A DNA stretch of 64,000 bases, from positions 3,616,001-3,680,000 of the forward strand of contig CBDCJO010000002.1 in NCBI GenBank assembly GCA_965217865.1, given 5' to 3'. The DNA comes from Candidatus Latescibacterota bacterium (GTDB lineage: Bacteria > Latescibacterota > UBA2968 > SICM01). The notes below the pieces were generated by a model. It saw only the letters and a program-made list of their open reading frames with translations, was not told where the DNA came from and made no database searches. Shown here one piece after another: positions 40,057 to 50,006 of this stretch (position 1 is the first letter of the stretch; every line of letters starts with the position of its first letter). A program made the position numbers and the translations under genes.

Positions 40057-41355
40057 TTATATGTTGTAACCTCTTTCGTCGTGCAGGGAGAGGTCCAATC
40101 CGGCTGTCTCCTCTTCCTGCGTGACCCGCAAGCCCACCACGGCATCGATTACCTTGAGGATGATCAGAGACCCGATCGCCGAATAGGCTGCTGTAGCGAC
40201 AATCCCTATGACCTGGATCCCGAGCTGGCTTCCGATGCTCCGCTCCAAGCCAACACCTCCCCAGCTCGCATCTGCGAAGATGCCGGTGAGCAAGGCCCCC
40301 ACCATTCCACCGATCCCGTGGACCCCGAACACATCGAGAGAATCGTCGTAGCCGAGTTTGTTCTTGAGGGTGGTGGCCCCCCAGAAACAGATGAACCCGG
40401 CCGCAAAACCGATGATCAAGGCGCCGATTGGGCCCACAAATCCCGATGCGGGGGTGATGGCCACAAGGCCACCTACGGCGCCGGTAATGATGCCCAGGAC
40501 ACTCGGGGTGCCGTTTTTGATCCACTCGACAAACATCCAGGTGAGGGCTGCGGCAGCCGTGGCGATATGGGTTACGGCCATTGCCATGCCTGCCGTGCCG
40601 TCCGCGGCAAGCTGGCTTCCCGCGTTAAAACCGAACCAGCCAACCCAGAGCATCGAAGCCCCCACCACTGAAAGGGTCAGGCTGTTGGGGGGCATCGGGG
40701 TCTTTGGGAATCCCTGACGCTTTCCAAGGACCACTGCTGCAACCAGGCCAGCAAACCCCGCGTTGATGTGGACAACCGTGCCTCCTGCGAAGTCGAGGGC
40801 ACCCAGGTCGCTCAACCAGCCCCCCCCCCAAACCCAGTGGCATACCGGGGCATATATCAGGGTCAGCCAGAGTCCCATGAACCAGAGCATCGCAGAGAAC
40901 TTCATCCGCTCGGCAAAGGCCCCAACGATCAGGGCGGGGGTGATCACCGCGAAGGTCAACTGGAACATCCAGAAGACGGTCTCCGGGATCGTTCCGGAGA
41001 CGGAAGAGACATTCACGCCTGACATAAAGGCCTTGCCAAGGCCGCCGACGAACTTGTTCATCGGACCCGTTTCAAACGCGAGGCTGTAGGCATAAAACAT
41101 CCAGAGGATGCTCATCAAAGCCGTGATCGCAAAGCACTGCATCATAACCGAGAGGACGTTCTTGCTTCGAACCAGGCCTGCATAGAAGAGCGAAAGGCCG
41201 GGGATGGTCATAAACAGAACCAGAACGCATGAAACGAGCATCCATGACGTATCACCCGAGTCGAGCTTGTCCTCGGCCATGGCAAGCCCTGGCAGGGCCA
41301 GGAGCAGGATCGTGATAAGCCCCAATAATCGACCTCGAAATCTACATGCCATCAT
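40057..41355 (-). CDS. amtB: Ammonium transporter
   Basis: FQLTFAVITPAL, DFAGGTVVHINAG, WFGFNAGS, DDSLDVFGVHG. Confidence 0.97.
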   Translation of the reverse strand: MMACRFRGRLLGLITILLLALPGLAMAEDKLDSGDTSWMLVSCVLVLFMTIPGLSLFYAGLVRSKNVLSVMMQCFAITALMSILWMFYAYSLAFETGPMNKFVGGLGKAFMSGVNVSSVSGTIPETVFWMFQLTFAVITPALIVGAFAERMKFSAMLWFMGLWLTLIYAPVCHWVWGGGWLSDLGALDFAGGTVVHINAGFAGLVAAVVLGKRQGFPKTPMPPNSLTLSVVGASMLWVGWFGFNAGSQLAADGTAGMAMAVTHIATAAAALTWMFVEWIKNGTPSVLGIITGAVGGLVAITPASGFVGPIGALIIGFAAGFICFWGATTLKNKLGYDDSLDVFGVHGIGGMVGALLTGIFADASWGGVGLERSIGSQLGIQVIGIVATAAYSAIGSLIILKVIDAVVGLRVTQEEETAGLDLSLHDERGYNI

Positions 41356-41381
41356 TTCTTCATCCCTCCTGAGTTAAGATT

Positions 41382-41720
41382 TCAAAGGGCATCGGAGCCC
41401 GTCTCACCGGTCCGGATCCTGATTACCTGTCCCACATCCGACACAAAAATTTTACCGTCTCCAACGTTTCCCGTCTGAGCGGCATTAACAATCGCTTCGA
41501 TCGCCTGATCGACCATGTCGTCGTTCACGACAGTTTCCAGCTTCACCTTCGGGACAAATTCCACCGAATATTCCGCACCGCGATAGACCTCTTTGTGACC
41601 CTTCTGTCGTCCAAACCCCCTGGCTTCGGTGACCGTCATTCCCTGGACCCCGATTCCAGACAGGGCTTCTCTTACCTGGTTCTCCCTGTGAGGCTGAACG
41701 ATTGCGGTGATGATTTTCAT
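41382..41720 (-). CDS. glnK: P-II nitrogen regulatory protein
   Basis: [31 protein letters not shown]; adjacent to amtB. Confidence 0.95.
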   Translation of the reverse strand: MKIITAIVQPHRENQVREALSGIGVQGMTVTEARGFGRQKGHKEVYRGAEYSVEFVPKVKLETVVNDDMVDQAIEAIVNAAQTGNVGDGKIFVSDVGQVIRIRTGETGSDAL

Positions 41721-41986
41721 AGCCTGCTTCTCCTTGTGAGTTTAGGTGACAGTCCGGACGCAGTTCTCCGTGCCGAAGATTTCCGGCGGAACTCCGGCAT
41801 CGACAATCTCCTTTTCTTGCAAACCAAAATTTTATTGGGTTATGATGTCGGTACTTGAGAAGGCACCGCGCGGAATGAAAAGGAGCGGAGGGCCCGTAGC
41901 CGAACCCCCCGCTCCCCCGGCCAGGTGGGTAATGTAATCGATTGGTGAATCTAGGAGAGTACCCAGGTCTCATGAACCGGATACGG

Positions 41987-42715
41987 TTACATGCTGAAGC
42001 TGATTCCGAAACCCATCCAGACTTCCCCTTTGTCCCCGCCCGTTCCCACGATGCGTTCATCGGTATAACTGAAGCCTATGGACGGGCTGTAGGTGGCGAC
42101 CCCGTGGCTGATACCCACGGACGCGGAGAGGTTGAAGTCGTTGAAGCCGAACGATTTATTATTATAATTGCTGAATCCGGCGTTGATCCCGATCCCGAGC
42201 GCGGCCGCCTCACCCAGCGGGAATTCGGGACCGATACCCAGGGAGAGATAGGATGCATCGGCCAAGCCGAAGTCGTGGTAAACGGTGACGCTGGGTGCGG
42301 CCGGGCTGTCATTGCTGAGCCCGAAGTAGAACTCTTCCGAATGCTTCCCTCCCTTGGGTGCGTTGGGAAAGGTGTACTGGATGTAGCCGAGAGAGATACC
42401 CACGGCTTTACCCTCCTCACCGAAGCTCCGGTCCACGCTCAGGGTGAAATCGAGCTCATCGGCTGCGTCGAGGCCTTTGCTCCGGTCGGCCGTGGCCAGA
42501 GATGCCCAGGTGTTGAAGGCCAGGCCTGTGTCGCCAAAACCGAAGGTTACCGAAGGCTGGACGGATGGTTTATTTGCCAGGACATATCCCCGCCACCAAT
42601 ACTTAGAAAAGAAATCGAAACCTGCATCCATGGAGACCTTCATCTCCTGGGCCCCGGCTCGGCTTACGAACGAGAAGACCAGAATGACTAAAATCGCTCG
42701 AGAAATCTTTGACAT
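41987..42715 (-). CDS. TorF-like outer-membrane beta-barrel protein, copy 1
   Basis: Signal peptide, SKYWWRG, PSVQP, ELDFTL, GYIQYTFP, terminal beta-strand; upstream of glnK-amtB. Confidence 0.75.
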   Translation of the reverse strand: MSKISRAILVILVFSFVSRAGAQEMKVSMDAGFDFFSKYWWRGYVLANKPSVQPSVTFGFGDTGLAFNTWASLATADRSKGLDAADELDFTLSVDRSFGEEGKAVGISLGYIQYTFPNAPKGGKHSEEFYFGLSNDSPAAPSVTVYHDFGLADASYLSLGIGPEFPLGEAAALGIGINAGFSNYNNKSFGFNDFNLSASVGISHGVATYSPSIGFSYTDERIVGTGGDKGEVWMGFGISFSM

Positions 42716-42793
42716 GGAACCTCCTTCTGTTGGGTTAGACTACTACCTGTGGACATTCATTAACTTCGGACACCCTATATATAAGAAATCTAT

Positions 42794-42853
42794 GTTTCGT
42801 CCGTGTTTCAGGTTGGTTAAAAAAAGATTAACGGATTGTTAATTTTATGTAAC
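42794..42853 (-). promoter_or_regulatory. Array of six 11-bp-phased pentamers (GTTAC/TTAAC/TTAAT/TTAAC/GAAAC/GAAAC)
   Basis: Pentamers begin at 42794, 42805, 42816, 42827, 42838, 42849; all conserved in the paralogous promoter. Confidence 0.8.
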
Positions 42854-42997
42854 ATCCCGGAGGCGAACAGGCTGTAAAATGCCTCGGAACTCGGAATAAC
42901 CGGTTGATTATTAATAATATGATTCGAAATTTGGCCCAGAGATTTCGGCGTTTTGGCAATTCAGATTAAACAGGAGCGCCTTTGGATGGGATTATGA

Positions 42998-43711
42998 TTA
43001 TATACTGAAGAAGATCCCGAAACCCACCCACACCTCCTCCTTGTCCGCACCCGTTCCGACGATATTCTCATCTGTTACACTGAAACCGATGGACGGGCTG
43101 AAGGTGGCGACTCCCCGGGTGATGCCCACGGACGCAGAGACATTGAAGTCGTTGAAGCCGAACGGTTGATTATTATAATTGCTGAATCCCACGTTGACCC
43201 CGATCCCGAGGGCGGCCGCCTCTCCCAGCGGAAATTCGGGACCGATACCCAGGGAGAGATAGGATGCGTCGGCCAGGCCGAAGTCGTGGTAAACAGTGAC
43301 GCTGGGGGAAACCGGGCTGTCGATGCTGAGCCCGATGTAGAACTCCTCCGAGTGCTTCGCTCCCTTGGGTGCATTGGGAAAGGTGTACTGTATGTAACCA
43401 TAGGAGATGCCCACAACTCCGAAGCTCCGATCCAGGCTCAGGGTGAAATCGAGCTCATCGGACGCGTCAAGTCCTTTTTTCCGGTCGGCAGTGGCCATAG
43501 AGGCCCAGATATTGAAAGCCAATCCAGTACCGCCGAACCCGAGGGTTAGCGAAGGCTGGAGCGTGGGTTTATTCGCTAGAACAAATCCTCTCCACCAATA
43601 TTGAGAGTAGAAATCGGTACCCGCATCGAAGGAGACTATCATCCCCTGAGCGTTTGCCTTGCTCGTAAAAGAAACGGCAAGGATGACGAGAATCGCCCGA
43701 ATCATGGACAT
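42998..43711 (-). CDS. TorF-like outer-membrane beta-barrel protein, copy 2
   Basis: Close paralogue of 41987-42715; ATG after ggaggt. Confidence 0.75.
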   Translation of the reverse strand: MSMIRAILVILAVSFTSKANAQGMIVSFDAGTDFYSQYWWRGFVLANKPTLQPSLTLGFGGTGLAFNIWASMATADRKKGLDASDELDFTLSLDRSFGVVGISYGYIQYTFPNAPKGAKHSEEFYIGLSIDSPVSPSVTVYHDFGLADASYLSLGIGPEFPLGEAAALGIGVNVGFSNYNNQPFGFNDFNVSASVGITRGVATFSPSIGFSVTDENIVGTGADKEEVWVGFGIFFSI

Positions 43712-43792
43712 AGAACCTCCGCCGATTTGGGATTGGACAACCACATGATGGACAATTTATACCCGATTACACTATATATATAATGAATCGAT

Positions 43793-43852
43793 GTTTCATC
43801 CATGTTTCGGCAGGGTTAAATAATGATTAACGGATTGTTAACTTTGTGTAAC
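43793..43852 (-). promoter_or_regulatory. Second copy of the six-pentamer operator array
   Basis: Pentamers begin at 43793, 43804, 43815, 43826, 43837, 43848. Confidence 0.8.
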
Positions 43853-44445
43853 ACAGCGGGCGTGATTAGCGATTATTTAAAATTCCGGGTAATTGGCATA
43901 ACTCAAATAATAATAATAAGATTTATCCGATCTCTTCGAAAGAAGCCTTGACACAACCCTAATATAGACGAAAAAAAAGTCGCAAAAAAAATGAAAGCCT
44001 ATAACTAATTATCTTTTAATAAGAAAACATGGTCATTCAAAAATTGAAACGGGAATCCAGTCTGGCTGGCAGGGTTCCTGCTCTATCTATAAACGAGGAA
44101 AAAGAAGATCCCGGGATTTATCAGGCTACGCCGCAATGTCGATGAATTTGATAGGAAAAAAAATTTTCAATTCGTGATCGGGGTCACGACCTTTTTTTCG
44201 TTTGTTGTCGATATTAATAACAAGTTAGTAATAAGTAGTAAAGCGGTGAGGGTCTGGACGAACCACCGCTCCTAATTTCGCATCGTGCAGCACCTCAAGA
44301 CGGAGGACATTGATTGTCCATTGCGAACGTTTTGCGGATCGGATGAGATGCAGATCAGAACGCCGAAGAAAGTGCCAAGCTGGGACAAAGGCGTTCTCCG
44401 TTAGGTTTTATTTGAGGGTTTCACGATGTCGAAAGGAGGCGGACC

Positions 44446-44871
44446 ATGCTTCGCATCCAAAATCATATCGGGCATGCATTAGGGTTCTTGATCACGGCAC
44501 TCGTTGTGTTGGGCTGTGGAACACCCTATCCTCAGCAGCCAGAACCCACCTTGACCGCCAATACGCTTATCGGTCAATGGGTTCATACGCAGGATGATAT
44601 CGTAGATGAGGTCTGGTTCGAGGCGGGAGGTAAGTTTTCCCGATCGTTCGTCCAGAAGGACTACCGCAATTTCTGGTCGGGCACTTTCGACCAGTATAAG
44701 CAAACCCTTAAAATCTATCTTAAAATGCATGAGAACGATAATGGGAGCACCGAAATCGTGCCCCCGAGTATCATTCTGGTCTCCTACGATGTTGCGAGTC
44801 TGGACAAGCTTCGGATTCAAAATGTTTTGTATACGAGGCGGGAAAGCGAAACTCAGGATGTCGCCCCCTGA
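44446..44871 (+). CDS. Hypothetical lipoprotein (lipocalin-like beta fold suspected)
   Basis: aaggagg RBS; lipobox VLGC; LIGQW motif; paralogue at 47131. Confidence 0.65.
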   Translation: MLRIQNHIGHALGFLITALVVLGCGTPYPQQPEPTLTANTLIGQWVHTQDDIVDEVWFEAGGKFSRSFVQKDYRNFWSGTFDQYKQTLKIYLKMHENDNGSTEIVPPSIILVSYDVASLDKLRIQNVLYTRRESETQDVAP

Positions 44872-44978
44872 GCTTCGCACATAATCCATCAACGTCCTGA
44901 TTACGATATGAACAAAGCAAATTTTCCTTAACGCATCCTCGCTCGGTCTTCATAAATCCAGGTTGGTTGGAGCAAATG

Positions 44979-45011
44979 GAAAGGCCCCGGAGAGAATTTC
45001 CGGGGCCTTTT
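44979..45011 (+). terminator. Intrinsic terminator
   Basis: gaaaggccccgga...tccggggcctttt. Confidence 0.75.
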
Positions 45012-45324
45012 CCGTTCTTCCCAATTGCCAGTTTTTATTCTACTTGACTTCTGTTATATCCTCGTCTAAATTATTATAGTTGCGTGTAACAGATTTAGAT
45101 TTGAATTTAACACCGCTTCCCTGCGAAGGATGTCCTGACGCAAGCTAAACGTCAGCTTGTTTGCTCCGAATTTCTCCCCCAAGTTCCCCCTTTCGTTTGC
45201 TCGCAACGAAAAAAAAAGACCACGTCGCTCCCAGAAGCAATGTCTGGATCTGAGAATAGAAAGATCCTTCGACTCGCGGCAAAAACCGCCGCGGAGTTTA
45301 TCCTGAGCCTGTCGGAGTTGAGCC

Positions 45325-46275
45325 ATGAGCTTCGATTGGGCCGTTCTCGCGCTAATCGGCGCGATTGTATTTTCCTGTGTCCAGATTTTTATGACCTATC
45401 GGAGGCAAGTGATGCTCATCCAGCCGGCAGTCGAACAGCTTGAGACCAGCCGGGAAAATATCGAAACCCAGATCGAAGAGAGCGATCAAAACACAGAAGA
45501 GATCCACGGGATAATCGCCGAACTGGAAAAGGAGCTGGTCGACCTGGACGAAACCCGCGTTCAGCTCCAGGAGAAATTATCCGAACACGAGATGATTGAG
45601 GTTCCTTCGGGAGAATTCAAAATGGGGGATGATGAGGCAGGCTCGGATGAATATCCCATGCATACGGTTCTTCTCAACGCATTCTTGGTCGACAAGTATC
45701 CCATTTCGAACGCGCAATATAAAATGTTCGTCGATATCACCGCACACCGGCCACCTCCTCACTGGACGAGCGGGACCTACGCGATCAATAAGGCAGACCA
45801 ACCCGTCGCCAATGTCTCCTGGCATGACGCACAGGCTTATGCGCTATGGGTGAATAAAAGACTTCCCACAGAGGCTGAATGGGAAAAGGCAGCCCGGGGC
45901 CAGAAGGGTCAGACTTATCCCTGGGGGGATGCCTTCCGAAAAGACAACGTCAATTGCAATAACGAATACGATGGGGCCACCGAAGTCGGTCAATTCCCGG
46001 GTGGGGCAAGTCCTTACGGTGTGATGGACATGTGCGGGAATGTAAGCGAGTGGGTGGAGGATTGGTACTTCGACGACTTCTACAAAGACTCGCCGATCGA
46101 CAACCCGCCTGGACCGGCCGGCGGTCAATACCGGGTGATGCGCGGCGGTTTTTTTGGCGAAAACAAGGCCGGGGTCCGTTGCTCGAGCCGTCACTATTCC
46201 CCCCCGGCGTCCATGCAGGAGCACGTTGGTTTCCGGTGTGCAAAATCCCGGAAAAATTATGATGCAGCCCAGTAG
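45325..46275 (+). CDS. TM + coiled-coil + FGE/SUMF1-family domain protein
   Basis: VPSGEFKMG, PVANVSWHDA, RLPTEAEWEKAARG, DMCGNVSEW, VGFRC; FGE catalytic Cys pair absent. Confidence 0.88.
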   Translation: MSFDWAVLALIGAIVFSCVQIFMTYRRQVMLIQPAVEQLETSRENIETQIEESDQNTEEIHGIIAELEKELVDLDETRVQLQEKLSEHEMIEVPSGEFKMGDDEAGSDEYPMHTVLLNAFLVDKYPISNAQYKMFVDITAHRPPPHWTSGTYAINKADQPVANVSWHDAQAYALWVNKRLPTEAEWEKAARGQKGQTYPWGDAFRKDNVNCNNEYDGATEVGQFPGGASPYGVMDMCGNVSEWVEDWYFDDFYKDSPIDNPPGPAGGQYRVMRGGFFGENKAGVRCSSRHYSPPASMQEHVGFRCAKSRKNYDAAQ

Positions 46276-46485
46276 AGTTGAACCGTAATCAACACGGTTC
46301 ACCATAACATGCGTCCTGATCGGGAGATCACCGATGGACGCCCGCAAAGAAGAAAGTTGGGGGAATTGTGAAAAAGCCGCATTGAATAGGTGCGGCTCTT
46401 TGTTTTAGGAGAATTTCTATGCTCATTCGAGAAATTTGCTCTTGAAAACGTCGCGCATCTTGATTAACGAAATCTGTCAAGTCAT

Positions 46486-46982
46486 ATGAAATATCTCTAC
46501 CTTATGAGGCACGCAAAATCTTCCTGGATGGATGATTCATTGTCCGATCTTGAAAGCCTTTGAACAAGAGAGGCAAGAAGGACGCACCCAAAATGGCGAA
46601 GGTGCTTAGCGAATTCGACCACCTACCCGAACTCATTCTGACATCTCATGCCGTCCGGGCTGCAACAACGGCCGGTTATATTAAAGGCTCGGATGCCTTT
46701 GCAGAAACGCCCTGCGTTGAGGAAGAGCCGTTATACGGTGCCGGATCAGAAACGATTTTTGATGTGATCAGAACGCAGGACGATCGGTATCAATCCTTGC
46801 TGGTGATTGGTCATAACCCGGGGATGGAAAATCTTGCATCCATGCTTTGTACGGATCACGATGACATCACAATGCCGACAGCGGCCTTGATTCTGCTGCA
46901 CTTTCCTGTGGATCGATGGCGGGATGTGAAGATTAAGACGGGTCAACTAGGGGCGCTGGTCTTTCCGAAAAACCTGGCTTGA
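46486..46982 (+). pseudogene. sixA: SixA-like histidine phosphatase with a frameshift at ~46555
   Basis: MKYLYLMRHAKSSW in one frame; PLNKRG..S.AVRA..T..VIGHNPG..MPTA in another. Confidence 0.8.
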
Positions 46983-47130
46983 AGCAATTTGAAAAAACCG
47001 TCAAACCCCTTCGTTGTATTACCATAGGAAATATTATATATTAGTTTTTGAAAACCACTGCGATTTCCGTCCAAATTGCTTTAGGTTTCGGCTGTCTATC
47101 GGAGCTTATCCTTCATGGTGAAAATGCGAA

Positions 47131-47545
47131 AATGACCCGGTCCAAAGTTTCAGTGCACCGATGCCTAATTCTCATAGCATCGGTTTCTCTCCTAGTTTCC
47201 TGTTCCAAGGCCGAGGAACCCGAGCTGGATATCTTCAACCCTCTCGTGGGTTCGTGGTTCCACAATAGGGGGTCGGTTCGAGACGAATTCGAATTTCAAA
47301 AAGAATTTCAATTTCAACGAACTGTTACGCAAGGTGGAGAAGGCCGCCTATACTGGTCTGGATCCTACGATTTTCGGGTGGAACGTTCCATCAGGTTCCT
47401 CATCGGGGAATTAGAGGATGAGAACGGGCTGGTGGAGGTCGCACCTGCTCAGGTCCAGATCTTTCGCCTGAGAATTCTGAATGACGACGCGGTGGAGATC
47501 GGTGGTTTGTTGTATTTGAGAGAAGGGACGGAATTTGAGGTATAG
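47131..47545 (+). CDS. Hypothetical lipoprotein, paralogue of 44446-44871
   Basis: Lipobox LVSC; LVGSWFH..DEFEF..F.R..YWSGSY; start approximate (MTRSK). Confidence 0.6.
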
Positions 47546-47613
47546 GGAGTAATGACGGGGAAAGAAAATCAGTTTTGACAATACTGGGGGATGGACTGCG
47601 TGAGAATTTCCCG

Positions 47614-47648
47614 AAGCCCCGATGAATGATCCGGCGGGGGTTTTTTTA
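47614..47648 (+). terminator. Probable intrinsic terminator
   Basis: gccccg...cggggg followed by T7. Confidence 0.5.
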
Positions 47649-47785
47649 TTGAAGAAAAATAAAAGATATTGAAGATTGAAGAACCAATATTGGAAAATCC
47701 GTAGGACCTGAAGAAAGTCCTGGGTTGTTCAAAGATTCAAATCCCCGATGTTCAATATCAATGAAGATGTGGTCGTTGACTTACC

Positions 47786-48556
47786 TTAATTGAATTTCGG
47801 GGGCCGTTTTTCAAGGAAGGCTTTTGTACCTTCGATTCGCTCCTCAGCGTCCAGGACCCTGCCGAACGCCTTATTTTCCAATTCCATCCCATCTGAAAGC
47901 GCCCGATCGATTCCGTTGTTTATCGATCCGTTTGCCTGTTTAACGGCTTCGGGGGCGTTGCGGGAAATTCGTGAGGCCAATTCCATGCAAGTCTCCAGCA
48001 GAAGATTTCCTTCGACAACCCTGTTGACCAGGCCCATTGCGCCGGCCTCTTCGGCTGAAATCGGTTGTCCGCTCAGAATCATTTCTTTTGCTTGTCGCGT
48101 TCCCACCGCACGGGCAAGCCGCTGGGTGCCTCCAAAGCCCGGGATTAGTCCAAGGGTCACCTCCGGAAGGCCGAAGGTGGCATCGTCGCTGGCGTATATA
48201 AAATCACACGCCAGTGCCAACTCCAGGCCACCTCCCAAGGCGTATCCGTTGACAGCGGCGATGGTGACGGCGTCCATCTCCTCCAATTGAGAGGCGACTC
48301 GTTTTCCCAGACGACAAAAGTTGAGCATTCCCTCGCGATCAAGGGAACTCATTTCGTGAATGTCGGCGCCCGCAACAAAGGCTTTTTCACCCGATCCGGT
48401 GACCAACAGGACGCGGACTTTTTCCCGGGCTACGAAGTCGGTCAAAAATCCGTCGAGTTCCTCCAGCATTTCGCCATTAATCGCGTTCAGGGATTCTGGT
48501 CTGAATAAGGTCAGTATTCCGACGCGTTCTTTTTTTTCAAACCGGATATTTTTCAT
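47786..48556 (-). CDS. Enoyl-CoA hydratase (crotonase)
   Basis: AFVAGADI, NGYALGGGLELALACD, PEVTLGLIPGFGGTQRL. Confidence 0.93.
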   Translation of the reverse strand: MKNIRFEKKERVGILTLFRPESLNAINGEMLEELDGFLTDFVAREKVRVLLVTGSGEKAFVAGADIHEMSSLDREGMLNFCRLGKRVASQLEEMDAVTIAAVNGYALGGGLELALACDFIYASDDATFGLPEVTLGLIPGFGGTQRLARAVGTRQAKEMILSGQPISAEEAGAMGLVNRVVEGNLLLETCMELASRISRNAPEAVKQANGSINNGIDRALSDGMELENKAFGRVLDAEERIEGTKAFLEKRPPKFN

Positions 48557-48632
48557 GTCAATCCTTTTAATTTTGAAGATTGATTAATTGACGATCGGAG
48601 TCGAGCCAAACGGCGTTCTCATCAAACTACCA

Positions 48633-50006
48633 TCATAATTGGACGAAATCGCTGAACGGACCATAGAGATGACGGAAACCGGTTTTCAGGACGGTGTTCA
48701 CATCGTCGGGAGATCCGGCAACGCCGTCTGAAACGAGTTTTTCGGCAATGCTCCTGGAGGCCTTTAAGTATGATTTGGCCAGACGGGCGCCCAGGGTATC
48801 GATAGCAAATAGTCCGGCAAAGTGGTCTTTGAGTTTTCGATCGGCACCCGGATCCTGGGAGAGATCCTTCCATGTCAAATCAACCGGTGTCAAGGATCCG
48901 AGGGCGCGGTCGACATCGTCCCGTGCGCAGGCGTCGAGACCGACGTAATCACCCCCATCCGGTGTGAAAACGCCGACAGGCTCGCGCCCTTTGTATTGAA
49001 AGAATCCGTTTTTTTGAGACCCATCCGGGTTTTGTCCCCCCATCAACTCCTTGGAGATCAATTGTTCGATCAGATCCGCTTCGAACGACTCACCCGGGAT
49101 ATGACCAGCCATTAGCTTCAGGATCGATGAAAACACGTCCAGTCCCACATAGTCCAGGAGTCGGAAGATCCCCATAGGGCGGATCAGGCCTTCCAGGCTG
49201 ACTCTGTTTAATCCATAGATCGATCCGGCAACGCCGAATCGTTCGCTCAACCCGTTGACTTGGCTGAGAGCATAAAGGCTTTCGCGGATAAAATAGCCAT
49301 TCCCGATAAAGCCCGCGATGTCACGCGATGAAACCAGGGTTTTGCCGAACCGCCGGCCGATTTCCCAGGCTATCTCGGCGAGTTTGGGACTCGTATTTCG
49401 GGCGGGAATCAATTCCACCAGTTTCTGGACTAGTGGGGGGTTGTAGAAGTGGAATCCGATGATGCGTCCTCCGAGACCGGCTTCTCGGTCCATGAGTCCG
49501 ATCGGAATCGAAGAGGTGTTGGAAAGGAAGATGGCATCCTTCGGACAGATTTCGTTCAGCCGACGGAGGGTGTCGATCTTCGCCCGTTCGGATTCGGGAA
49601 CGGCCTCGAACACGAGTTGTGAGCGTCGGGCATGATGCAGATCGGTAGTTAAATGAATGATAGAGTGGATGTCTGAAACGAAGGATGTGGCGATCTCCTG
49701 AACACTTTTTAATTCACCCCGTTCCCGGAAAAGGGGCCGGATCGATTCGATCGTCTTCTCCGCCCGTCTGATGGCCTTGGCCTCAATATACGACATGAGA
49801 TCCTTGAGTGCCTTTTGGCGGATGTCGATCAGGTTCAGACGATATGGCCTTCCCCGATTTTCCTTCAGGTTCTTCAGGCGAGCCATTTCCTCTGCGGCTA
49901 AAAGAGAGATTCCGCGTCCCATGACCCCTGCCGCGCCGATTACCGCTACCTCCTCAAATCCTTTGTCCAAGTCTATGGGTTCTCCGATTCTCTTGTTTCC
50001 ATCCAC
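48633..50006 (-). CDS. 3-hydroxyacyl-CoA dehydrogenase
   Basis: GAAGVMGRGI, FEAVPE, SNTSSIP, GFHFYNP, GFIGN. Confidence 0.88.
   Translation of the reverse strand: MDGNKRIGEPIDLDKGFEEVAVIGAAGVMGRGISLLAAEEMARLKNLKENRGRPYRLNLIDIRQKALKDLMSYIEAKAIRRAEKTIESIRPLFRERGELKSVQEIATSFVSDIHSIIHLTTDLHHARRSQLVFEAVPESERAKIDTLRRLNEICPKDAIFLSNTSSIPIGLMDREAGLGGRIIGFHFYNPPLVQKLVELIPARNTSPKLAEIAWEIGRRFGKTLVSSRDIAGFIGNGYFIRESLYALSQVNGLSERFGVAGSIYGLNRVSLEGLIRPMGIFRLLDYVGLDVFSSILKLMAGHIPGESFEADLIEQLISKELMGGQNPDGSQKNGFFQYKGREPVGVFTPDGGDYVGLDACARDDVDRALGSLTPVDLTWKDLSQDPGADRKLKDHFAGLFAIDTLGARLAKSYLKASRSIAEKLVSDGVAGSPDDVNTVLKTGFRHLYGPFSDFVQL

Noticed and set aside
45325-46275. FGE-fold gene as a DGR target
   Set aside because: No template repeat or reverse transcriptase in the window
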